64,000 nucleotides of DNA, from positions 576,001-640,000 of the forward strand of contig CAWAMW010000007.1 in the NCBI GenBank assembly GCA_963783305.1. The letters are read 5' to 3'. Both the position numbers and the translations under genes were made by a program. The notes beneath the pieces were generated by a model. The model was not told the DNA's origin, did not search any database, and worked only from the letters and a program-made list of their open reading frames with translations. The stretch comes from an uncultured Gemmatimonadales bacterium. GTDB lineage: Bacteria > Gemmatimonadota > Gemmatimonadetes > Longimicrobiales > RSA9. Shown one piece after another: positions 9,530 to 20,334 of the stretch; the stretch's first letter is position 1, and each line of letters starts with the position of its first letter.

Positions 9530-9662
9530 CGCGAACGTCTGGAACTACGTCATCGGGGCCTACGCCGTCACGTGGGTGGGCCTGATCGGATATTCAATCC
9601 GTCTGTTCACGCTGAACCGGCGCGCCCGGAACGCGATCGCGGACCTCGGAGGTGAAGGATGA
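9522..9662 (+). CDS. ccmD: CcmD small membrane protein
   Basis: 46-aa single-TM ORF MSDANVWNYVIGAYAVTW... between ccmC and ccmE, overlapping both. Confidence 0.8.
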   Translation: MSDANVWNYVIGAYAVTWVGLIGYSIRLFTLNRRARNAIADLGGEG

Positions 9663-10098
9663 AGCGGAAGACCATCGGACTGTTCGGGGCCCTGCTGGTG
9701 CTGGGAGGATTCGGCTTCCTGATCTGGGGCGGGCTCGGCACGAACCTCGTCTACTTCCTCACGCCGAGCGAGCTGCTGGCGCGGGGCGACGCCGCATACG
9801 AGACGCCGGTGCGTCTCGGCGGCAAGGTGGTCCCGGGGTCGATCGCGTGGGATGCCGACGCCCTCGACCTGCGGTTCCGGGTGACGGACGGCAGCGACAC
9901 GCTGCTGGTCCAGTCGTCCGGGGCGCCGCCGGCCATGTTCAAGGACACCATGGGCGTGGTGGTGGAGGGGTCGTACGGCCGGGAAGGGGTGTTCCGGTCC
10001 ACGAACCTCATGGTGCAGCACTCGAACGAGTACAAGGCGCCGCCCGAGGGACACCGGCCCGTGGACACCTATCAGACGCTGATCCGGGAGGACGGGAC

Positions 10099-10102
<4 letters not shown>
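9659..10102 (+). CDS. ccmE: Heme chaperone CcmE
   Basis: YFLTPSE, RLGG.V..GS, GVVVEG and the HxxxY heme motif (HSNEY). Confidence 0.95.
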
Positions 10103-12113
<2,011 letters not shown>

Positions 12114-12117
<4 letters not shown>

Positions 12118-12746
12118 GCTGGAAGCGCGCTGGAATCTGGATGGTGGTGATGATCCCGCTCATCATGCTGTTCACCTTCGGGCTGCGGCGGGGCGACCCG
12201 CGCTTGATCCCATCGCCGCTGGTGGACCAGCCGGCGCCCGAGTTCGCGCTGCCGATGATGTCCATCGACGGCCCAATGCCGGACGGCAGCGAGCTGACCG
12301 GAGACACGCTGCGTCTCTCGGAGCAGCGCGGGAACATCGTCGTGCTCAATTTCTTCGCGTCCTGGTGCGTGCCCTGCCGGATCGAGCACCGCGTGCTGAA
12401 CAAGGTCGCGCGGCGCTACGAGGACGACGGAGTGCGTTTCTTCGGCGTCGTGTACAACGACGAACCGCCGGCAGTGAGGAACTACATCAGGCAGCTCGGC
12501 GGGCAGTTTTACCCGGCGCTCATGGACGAGGGGCAGCGGGTGGCCATCGATTACGGGCTGGTCGGTGTGCCCGAGACGTTCTTCATATCGCCCGATGGCA
12601 CGGTGCGAAGGAAGGTCTTCAGCGCAGTGAACGAGATGATGCTGGTGTCTGAGATCGAGGCCATGCTCGCGGAGCGGGCTGCACAGGAGCCGACGGAGAC
12701 GCCGACGCCGGCGGGCACGCCGGGGACCCAGGATGTGGGGGAATGA
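12114..12746 (+). CDS. ccmG: Thiol-disulfide oxidoreductase CcmG/TlpA
   Basis: NFFASWCVPC, GVPETF; N-terminal membrane anchor. Confidence 0.9.
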
Positions 12747-13216
12747 TGCGCGCTCTCCGCTCGATCACCGGCTCTCTGCTCGTGGTGCTCGCTCTCGGTA
12801 TCGCGACGGCGGCATCAATGTCGGCGCAGCAGCCTCAGATGGAGGGGCTCCAGACCAGCCGCAGCGGTCCGCTGGAAGACGCGGCACTCGAGGCGCGGGC
12901 CATACGCCTCGCGGATGAACTGCGCTGCCCGGTCTGCCAGGGGCTCTCGATCCACGACTCGCCCTCGCCGCTCGCGCAGGACATGAAGGACCTGATCCGG
13001 AGCCAGGTGGCCGCCGGGGCCACCGACCAGGAGATCCGGCAATACTTCATCAGCAAGTACGGCGAGTGGGTCCTGCTGGAGCCCAAGCCGAGCGGGTTCA
13101 ACATCCTCGTCTATCTGCTGCCGTTCGCCGGACTCCTCGGGGGCGCGTTGCTGATCGTCGTGGCCGTGCGACGCTGGACCGCACCGGAAGACGAGCCGGT
13201 GGTCGAGACACGCTGA
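12743..13216 (+). CDS. ccmH: Cytochrome c biogenesis protein CcmH
   Basis: LRCPVCQ motif, YG.WVLLEP, C-terminal TM segment. Confidence 0.93.
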   Translation: MMRALRSITGSLLVVLALGIATAASMSAQQPQMEGLQTSRSGPLEDAALEARAIRLADELRCPVCQGLSIHDSPSPLAQDMKDLIRSQVAAGATDQEIRQYFISKYGEWVLLEPKPSGFNILVYLLPFAGLLGGALLIVVAVRRWTAPEDEPVVETR

Positions 13217-13367
13217 CTGTCATCACCGCGATCGGGACGCTCTGGGCGTCTTCTCCAACTCATGCCCCACGACGGCCGGCGCCGACTGGTCCGGCTCTCG
13301 CGGCCTCCGGCGTCCGCCGCTAGATTCCGGCGCTGATCCATAAAATAACAGACCGCGGTCGGAGCTC

Positions 13368-14234
13368 ATGTATCCCCACCTGTTCACCATCGGCGACTTC
13401 ACCGTCACATCCTTCGGGGTGATGATGTTCCTCTCCTTCGTGGTGGGGGCGTGGGTGCTGGCGAAGCAGTTCGAGAAGCGCGACATGGACCCGGAGATCG
13501 CGTGGGACATGCTGCTGTGGATCGCGCTGGGCGGGATCCTGGGCGCGAAACTGTACTTCGTGGCACTGCACCCGGCGGATCTGTACGCGGACCCGGTGCG
13601 GGCCCTGACGAACCGCGGAGGCCTGGTGTGGTACGGCGGCTTCATCGGCGGAGCTCTGGCCTTCTGGTGGCAGGTAAAGAAGCGGAATCTGCCGGTGGCA
13701 CTCACGTTCGACAGCGCCGCGCCCGCCCTCGCCATCGCGTATGCGGTGGGCCGAATGGGCTGCTTCCTCGTGGGCGACGACTATGGCAGGCCCACCGACT
13801 CGTGGGTCGGGATCGCGTTCCCGGAAGGGTATCCGCCCACCACCGCGCGGTACTTCCGCTCCATCGGCTACGAAATCTCCGCCGCCATTCCGGATACGGC
13901 CGTTCTCGCGGTCCATCCTACGCAGCTCTACGAGATCGCGGCGGCAACGGTCATGTTCGCGATCCTCTGGCGCCTGTCCGGCGCCTTCCGTCCAGGGCGC
14001 CTGTTCGCACTCTACCTCGTCATGTACGCCATCGAGCGGTTCCTGGTGGAGTTCGTCCGCGCCAAGACGGATTTCGTCGCGCTGGGCCTCACCACGTCCC
14101 AGTTCGCCAGCGTGCTGCTCCTGGTCATCGCCGCCGTCATCTGGCAGCGGACCCGGGGAACACACGAAACCGCCGGTGTATCCGCGGAGGACCAGCAGGC
14201 GTCGCGGGAACCGAAGCAACCCGCTCGACGCTGA
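13368..14234 (+). CDS. lgt: Prolipoprotein diacylglyceryl transferase
   Basis: GGLVWYGG, GR.GCF..G.DYG, HPTQLYE, RF.VEF.R motifs. Confidence 0.93.
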   Translation: MYPHLFTIGDFTVTSFGVMMFLSFVVGAWVLAKQFEKRDMDPEIAWDMLLWIALGGILGAKLYFVALHPADLYADPVRALTNRGGLVWYGGFIGGALAFWWQVKKRNLPVALTFDSAAPALAIAYAVGRMGCFLVGDDYGRPTDSWVGIAFPEGYPPTTARYFRSIGYEISAAIPDTAVLAVHPTQLYEIAAATVMFAILWRLSGAFRPGRLFALYLVMYAIERFLVEFVRAKTDFVALGLTTSQFASVLLLVIAAVIWQRTRGTHETAGVSAEDQQASREPKQPARR

Positions 14235-14236
14235 GC

Positions 14237-15157
14237 ATGCGCCCAGCCGCGCTCCTCGTGGCCGCGACGCTCGCGGCCCTGGCCGCGCCGGCCGTGCGGA
14301 CCGTCGCGGCCCAGGAGCCGGACACCGTGAGCGCCACGCCCGCCGACACGGTCCCCCCAGCTCCGACGCGGCCCGAGTACGTGCCGCCCCGCTACGCCAT
14401 TTCCGTGGTGGGCGGGCGCCCGGGAGCGGGGACCGCGCAGGAGCAGCCCGTGCTGGCGATCCGTTTTGATGAGACAGGGACCGTGGCGGACTCGTCGCTC
14501 CTCCAACGGACGCTGGAGGCCGATGGCGGGTTCCAGGTCGCGGCCTCCGCCATCGTGAGCCTTACCCCTCGCTGGGCCGTGCGGATGGGCGCCGGCGCGG
14601 GTCGGCTGACGCTCCGGCCGCGCTACGACGGGGGCGACAGCACGTTTGCCGCTGCAACCTCCACCCTCACCGAGACCGAGAGCGGCGAGGTCTCTCTCTT
14701 CTTCCTCGAGGGCGCGCTCCGCATGCGGCTGAAAACCCGCGTCAGGCCCCAGCCCTACCTCGAAGTCGGCGCCTCCTCGGTCCGCTGGACCGCCGATGAG
14801 CCACCGGCCGGGGCAGCCGAGCTGGCCGACGGCGTGACCCGGTTCGCCGCCCTTGCCGCTGTAGGGGTGCTGATACCGGTCAACCAGCGGATCTCCGCAC
14901 GCATCCACGTCGAGACCCGCGCTTTCCGGACCCCGCTCGGGCCACGCCCCGCGGGCAGCGACGGCCCCGCCGTGGACAGCATGTCTCTCACGTTCCTGGC
15001 GCCCGACGCCGACCGCTTCAGCGACAACGCACAGGCGCTCTACTCCACCACACGGCTGGACGTGGGCGTCAGCTTCGGCTTCGGCGCCATGCCGCGGAGC
15101 CCGGCCACCCCGGCCACCCCGGCCGACCCGACCCCGGCGACCACGCCCCGGAGCTGA
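14237..15157 (+). CDS. Secreted hypothetical protein, probable outer-membrane beta-barrel
   Basis: Signal peptide (MRPAALL...VAAQ), alternating amphipathic strands (PYLEVG, RLDVGVSFGF), Pro/Thr-rich termini. ATG 14237 follows the lgt stop. Confidence 0.6.
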   Translation: MRPAALLVAATLAALAAPAVRTVAAQEPDTVSATPADTVPPAPTRPEYVPPRYAISVVGGRPGAGTAQEQPVLAIRFDETGTVADSSLLQRTLEADGGFQVAASAIVSLTPRWAVRMGAGAGRLTLRPRYDGGDSTFAAATSTLTETESGEVSLFFLEGALRMRLKTRVRPQPYLEVGASSVRWTADEPPAGAAELADGVTRFAALAAVGVLIPVNQRISARIHVETRAFRTPLGPRPAGSDGPAVDSMSLTFLAPDADRFSDNAQALYSTTRLDVGVSFGFGAMPRSPATPATPADPTPATTPRS

Positions 15158-15260
15158 CCCGCGCGAGACCACGCCGCTGGCTGCCGCGGGCGGGAAGTTG
15201 CGGGGCGGAGACGGAAAGCGATGTCCCCCCATGCCCTTCGGTCAGGAGCTCGTTGCGCCA

Positions 15261-15276
15261 TGGAACGGGGATTGCC
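15261..15276 (+). promoter_or_regulatory. Putative sigma54 (-24/-12) promoter
   Basis: TGGAAC-GGGGA-TTGC compared with consensus TGGCAC-N5-TTGC; about 55 bp upstream of the GntR gene. Confidence 0.5.
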
Positions 15277-15330
15277 TTCTGAGCGGACGATCGCTGTCCC
15301 ACTGCCCCCGCACGCTGAGGACCCGTACCC

Positions 15331-16305
15331 GTGACGCGGAAGGCTGGCTCGATCGTGCTCACCCGACTCCGGGAGCGTATCCGGCTCGGCCGCTACTTCG
15401 GCCGGTGGGGTCCAGGTGACCGTCTCCCGAGCGTGCGGGCCGTGGCGCAGCTGGAGGACGTGGACCGGAAGACAGTGGCGGCGGCTTACCGTCGGCTGGC
15501 GGAGGAGGGTCTGGTGCGGGTGGAGGCCCGATCGGGCGTCTACCTGAGCCAAGACGGGAGCCCTGAGGCGGATCCGCTACGGCGACTGCACCTGAGCTGG
15601 CTCGAGCACGCCATGGCCTCGGCCGAAGAGCTCGGTCTCGACCTCACCACCGCGAACCGCATGTTCCAGGGCGTGACCGCCGTACAGCGGCGGCGGATCC
15701 CGGTGGTGGATCCGGATCAGGCGCATGCGGCCCTTCTGGCCCACGAGCTGTCGGCGCGCACTGGCCTCGACTGTGTCGCTACCGAGGCGCGGCGGCTTCC
15801 GGCGGAGGTGGGGCCGCTGCACGACCCACCGTTCATCCTGGCCACCCCCGAGGGGAGAGAGCTCCTCAGCGCCATGCGCGAGCAGGTGCCGGTGATCCTG
15901 ATCACGCTCGCCGCGGATCTGTTCGAGAGCGTGTACAGGGCGGCGCGGGAGGAGTCCGTGGTGGTCGTGGTCGGCGATGGAACGCTTCGGAAGGAGCTGG
16001 AGCACGCGGTCGACCGGGGCCTCTTCGATCAGCCGGAGCGGGTCCAGGTGGTGGCAGCGGAGAGCTGGGGTGGCCGGACCGTGCCGGGGCGGGAGCGCGT
16101 CGTCACGTGGCTCGCGGCGGCGGAGAACAACGGCGAGCAGACGGGAGCCCCGCGACCTGGGCGAAGCGTGGCTGCGGGCGGTCCTTCGACGCACCTGGTG
16201 TCGACGTCGACGCTCGGCGCGATCCGCAGCCAGGTCGCGCGGGCCGCCCTCGACCAGGTCAGTACGTCCAGCGCCTCCGCCACGCGACGACGGCCTGCCG
16301 GATAA
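15331..16305 (+). CDS. GntR-family transcriptional regulator with uncharacterised C-terminal region
   Basis: N-terminal winged HTH: GDRLPSVR.....V...TV..AY..L..EG....G.Y. Confidence 0.82.
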   Translation: MTRKAGSIVLTRLRERIRLGRYFGRWGPGDRLPSVRAVAQLEDVDRKTVAAAYRRLAEEGLVRVEARSGVYLSQDGSPEADPLRRLHLSWLEHAMASAEELGLDLTTANRMFQGVTAVQRRRIPVVDPDQAHAALLAHELSARTGLDCVATEARRLPAEVGPLHDPPFILATPEGRELLSAMREQVPVILITLAADLFESVYRAAREESVVVVVGDGTLRKELEHAVDRGLFDQPERVQVVAAESWGGRTVPGRERVVTWLAAAENNGEQTGAPRPGRSVAAGGPSTHLVSTSTLGAIRSQVARAALDQVSTSSASATRRRPAG

Positions 16306-19300
16306 TGTCAGCCCGCAGATAGGACATCGTCCTGGTGCCCACGAGGCGGTCCAGGCTCTGAACGGGCTCCCAGCCGAACCGGAGCGTGCCGATCCCCGCC
16401 TGGTACTCGAGGGCCACGGCCGACAGGTCGCCGGCTTCCATTCCCACCAGGAACTCGGCGCTCAGTACCCAGTTGTCCGTGATCTCGAAGCCGGCCGTAG
16501 CGAAGGTCCCGCCTCCGGGCACGTAGTCCACTACCAGGTAGTCCAGGAGGCCGATCTGCTCGTTGATCTGAGAGGCCAGGACCTCGGCGAGTCCTGTGTA
16601 GGCCAGCCCCTGACCGAGGACGCCCGTGGCGCCTTCGGACGATGCCACCTGCCCGAGATCGCTCGTGGGGCGGCCAAAGAGGAGGAAGCTCAGCAGCTCC
16701 GAGTCCGGGATCTCGGCACCGGTCGCCGTGCCAAGGCCGAGCGACGGGTTCTGGAGCGTTCCGCCCACCGAGACGCGCACGTCCACATCGGCCCCATCCG
16801 GGACCCGGACGAGGCGGGACGCCACGATGTCGAGCCGCGGGTTGGGCTCCGGCGACCCGAAGAACCGGATCTCGGCCGACACGATCCGGAACTGCCGGTT
16901 GATCACTCCCACCGCCAGCTGGAAGGTCCCCGCCTCGCCCCGGAGTGTGCCCTGGATCGGCATGGACGACCCGAACCGATCGACGGTGAGAGTGCCGCTC
17001 AGGCGCAGGCGAGCCTCCTCCGTTACGAACCAGAGCTCATTGCCGGCGATCACGGTCAGGTTCGAGATACGGATCCCGGCCTCCTCCGCGGGGGAGTTGA
17101 GGTCGAGATCGAAGCCCTGATCCACCAGGTCGAGATCCGGCGCGGTGAGCCTCGCGCTCAGCTCCGGCTGCTGCAGCGGCGCCAGTGAAACCGCGCCATC
17201 ATCGACGCGCACGGATCCGGTGACCACAGGCTGGGAAGCCCTCCCGCCGAGGCGCACCTCACCCCACAGTCCCGCCGGGCGCTCGTCGTCCAGTCCCTGG
17301 ACGCGGAACTCCTGGAGCTCGGCCGTAAGGTCGAGAGCGGGGTCCGTCAGCTCCTGGAAGTCCAGCGCGCCCGTGATCCGGGCGAAGCCGTCGCTCTCCA
17401 CGATGAAGTCCTGGAACACGGCTTCGCGACCGCTCAGCACGATCTGGCCACGGATGTTCTCAAACCGGCGGTCGAGCAGCGGGATGGTCACGCTCCCCTG
17501 GATCAGCGAAGCGGAACCGCTCAGGCGGGGCGCCGAGGGCGTGCCGCTGATCTGTACGTCCGCCTCGATCCGCCCCTCCAGGTTCTCCACGAGGGTCAGG
17601 CCGGGATCCAGCGTCGCGAGGGGGAACGTGTGGGTAGTGACCTTCAGGTCGACGGCCCCGTCGTCGGCCAGGGCGAAGAGGGTATCGCCGGCGAGCCGGA
17701 GCCGAGCGGGCAGCGTGCCCGACAACTGGATTCGGGCAGAGTCACCCAGGAGCCCCACGCCGTCCACCACGAGCCGCTCGCCCTCGTACAGGACCTTACC
17801 CTCCAGGGATCGGATCGCGACGCCCCTGAAGCTGCCGTCCCCGAGGCCGAGGGCGAGGTCGACCGTGGGAGCATCCACGGGGCCCGCTACACGGCCCGTC
17901 AACGAGAGCTCACCGTCCAGCGCCATCTCGATTCCCACCAGCTCGAGAACGTCCCCGATGGGGAGGCCGGCCACGTCGACGGCGAGGTCCATGTCGTCCA
18001 GCGGAGCGACCACACCGTTCGCGAGAATCCGCCCCGCGCCGTCCACCTGGCGCAGCTCCACGCCATCGATGCGCACCGAGTCTCCGACCGTCCACGCCAC
18101 CCGAGCCGGCTCCGGCAGTCGCCAGCGCTCCTGCCGGAGGTCGAGCTCGAGGGACCGCAGGAATACCTCCCGCCGGCCCGTCTCGTCGATGATGCCATCG
18201 GCCGTCAGCTCCAGCAGACCGCGCTCACCCTGCTGATCCGCCCTCACCACCAGGGCGAAGTTCGGTCGTCCCAGGTCGAGGTTGGCCTGAAACGAATCGA
18301 AGCCACCGAACGGCGTTCGCAGCTCGTCGGAGGCGAGTTCCAGGTCGAGCCGGGGCAGCCCATCGCTCAGGGTCACCGCGTACTCGCCCTCGAGGCTCTC
18401 GGCTGCCCATTCCCCCCAGCGGAACCCGCGCGCGGCGACGGTGCCCTCGAGCTGCGGGGTCGCGAGCGTCCCGCCCGCGGTCCCGGTGAGACGGAGGCTG
18501 CCGCGCGCGAACTGCGGCTGGCCGGTCGGACCGGCCGGCAGGAATGGGCCCAGCGGACCCAGCTCGGAGACAAGGGCGTCGTACGCCACGGTCCCGCTGC
18601 CGTCCACGAAGTCCCACCGCCCCGCGGCGGCGAGCTGCACGGGACCGAGGTGGACGCGGAGTTCCTCCACATCCACCACACCGCCGGCCACTTCCATGAG
18701 CAGGGCGAGGGTGTCTTCCGGCTCGCTCTCCCAGCCCGTGAAGTTGCCGTTGGCCGCAAGCGTGGCGCGCGCGGTCGCCGGATCGAAGCCCCGGCCCTCC
18801 AGCGTGAATGCGGCGTGCACCTCCGCGGGCGGTACCGGCGCCTCGATGACCGACTGGAGACGCACGCCGGTCAGGCGTCCCGTGAGGTCGTAGGAGGGCA
18901 CCGCGCCGGTCGGGTCCACCCTCCCCTCGATCGACAGGATCCCACCGCCCGCCTCCAGCCGGACGTCCAGGTCCAGCGGCGTGGTGCCGGGTGCGCCCGT
19001 GAAGCGCACGCTCCCGGTGATCGGGCCAGCGAAGGGCAGCCCGGGCGCCAGCGCGCGCAGAGCCAGCAGGGGGGTCTGATCGAAGGACACGGCCGCTTCC
19101 TGGAGCGAGAACCCCTCCTCGGTGAGGGCGATCCTGCCAGTGAGGTCGGTGACGAATGGCTCCGGTACGCTCGGCGTCGTGAGGCGGCCCCGCAGGTCCA
19201 GCCGGATGTCATCCCCGGTCCCACTGATCGTGCCGGTCACCGTGCCGCCGTAGGGAAGGGGACCCGTGAAGGCCTCGACGAGGTCGAGCGAGAGCGGGTC

Positions 19301-20332
19301 CACCCGCAGGTCCACCGTCTCGAGAACCGGGCGCGTCCCGCCGATCACCGCCCGGACCGACCCGGTAGCGGAGCTCCCCGGGGCGCGGAGATCGAGATCG
19401 GAAAGCGCCAGCATGGTCCGCTCGCCAGGGCGCGTCTCCACCCGCAGCTGGAAGCTGCCGGACGCCCCTTCAGGGACGGTCCCCGGCAGCCACGGGAGGT
19501 CGGCGACCCGAGCGTCCAGGGCGGTCATGCTCATGTTCAGCCCATAGCCGCCGAGGCCCGGGTCCCAGACACCCCGGAGGCCGGCCAGCCGGGAGCTGCC
19601 GAACGTGCCACGATCCACCTCGAAGTCCACCGCACCGTCTACCACCCGGACGCGCGCATCCGCCACCGTCACCTGGCGGGACACGGTTCCCTCGGCGGTA
19701 TCGGGGAGGATGAGCTCCGTCTGCGCCGTTCGTATCTGGAAGGTCGGGGCGTCCAGGCCGGGTCCCGTCAGGCGTGCAGACGCCAGGCCGACATCGAGGG
19801 ACCGCAGCTCGTAGCTGGCCTCCAGCAGGTCCAGCATCACCTGTCCGCCCCGCACGCGGAAGTCCCGCATCCGCACGGCCAGCCGATCACCGCTGGCCCC
19901 GCCCTCTTCTTCCTCGAAGAACGGCGCCAGCGGTCGGTCGTAGTTCCACTGCTCGGGCCCGGTCTGCACCAGCCGTAGGCGCGGCTGCTCGGCCACACCC
20001 TCCGAGAGCAGGATGCCCCCATCCGGGGCCGCATTCAGCTGGACCGTCATCACGACCCTCGGCGCCGCGAAGAATGGCCGCCCGCTGGGATCCATCCAGC
20101 GAACCCGGGTCGCCGTCACCCGCAGCCGGCGCGCAGGTCGCAGCTGGACCGGAGCCAGCGCCTCCCGCACCGCAGCTTCGACCGCCGCGGGCTCATACTC
20201 GCCCAGCAGCGCCCGCGCGTCGCCATCACCCGTACCGAAGAAGAGAGCCAGCAGGACCGCGGTGGCCGCCACGAAGACCGCAGCGGCGATCACGCCGGTC
20301 GGGAGTCCGGTGGAGCGCGAGTTCTCGGCCAT
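16259..20332 (-). CDS. tamB: TamB/AsmA-like translocation and assembly module protein
   Basis: About 1357 aa with an N-terminal TM anchor, beta-rich repeats and a C-terminal DUF490-like region (NPRLDI, V.VGGTL.NP, LSFLLFG). ATG 20332 follows the Omp85 stop. Confidence 0.8.
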   Translation of the reverse strand: MAENSRSTGLPTGVIAAAVFVAATAVLLALFFGTGDGDARALLGEYEPAAVEAAVREALAPVQLRPARRLRVTATRVRWMDPSGRPFFAAPRVVMTVQLNAAPDGGILLSEGVAEQPRLRLVQTGPEQWNYDRPLAPFFEEEEGGASGDRLAVRMRDFRVRGGQVMLDLLEASYELRSLDVGLASARLTGPGLDAPTFQIRTAQTELILPDTAEGTVSRQVTVADARVRVVDGAVDFEVDRGTFGSSRLAGLRGVWDPGLGGYGLNMSMTALDARVADLPWLPGTVPEGASGSFQLRVETRPGERTMLALSDLDLRAPGSSATGSVRAVIGGTRPVLETVDLRVDPLSLDLVEAFTGPLPYGGTVTGTISGTGDDIRLDLRGRLTTPSVPEPFVTDLTGRIALTEEGFSLQEAAVSFDQTPLLALRALAPGLPFAGPITGSVRFTGAPGTTPLDLDVRLEAGGGILSIEGRVDPTGAVPSYDLTGRLTGVRLQSVIEAPVPPAEVHAAFTLEGRGFDPATARATLAANGNFTGWESEPEDTLALLMEVAGGVVDVEELRVHLGPVQLAAAGRWDFVDGSGTVAYDALVSELGPLGPFLPAGPTGQPQFARGSLRLTGTAGGTLATPQLEGTVAARGFRWGEWAAESLEGEYAVTLSDGLPRLDLELASDELRTPFGGFDSFQANLDLGRPNFALVVRADQQGERGLLELTADGIIDETGRREVFLRSLELDLRQERWRLPEPARVAWTVGDSVRIDGVELRQVDGAGRILANGVVAPLDDMDLAVDVAGLPIGDVLELVGIEMALDGELSLTGRVAGPVDAPTVDLALGLGDGSFRGVAIRSLEGKVLYEGERLVVDGVGLLGDSARIQLSGTLPARLRLAGDTLFALADDGAVDLKVTTHTFPLATLDPGLTLVENLEGRIEADVQISGTPSAPRLSGSASLIQGSVTIPLLDRRFENIRGQIVLSGREAVFQDFIVESDGFARITGALDFQELTDPALDLTAELQEFRVQGLDDERPAGLWGEVRLGGRASQPVVTGSVRVDDGAVSLAPLQQPELSARLTAPDLDLVDQGFDLDLNSPAEEAGIRISNLTVIAGNELWFVTEEARLRLSGTLTVDRFGSSMPIQGTLRGEAGTFQLAVGVINRQFRIVSAEIRFFGSPEPNPRLDIVASRLVRVPDGADVDVRVSVGGTLQNPSLGLGTATGAEIPDSELLSFLLFGRPTSDLGQVASSEGATGVLGQGLAYTGLAEVLASQINEQIGLLDYLVVDYVPGGGTFATAGFEITDNWVLSAEFLVGMEAGDLSAVALEYQAGIGTLRFGWEPVQSLDRLVGTRTMSYLRADIIRQAVVAWRRRWTY

Positions 20333-20334
20333 AC

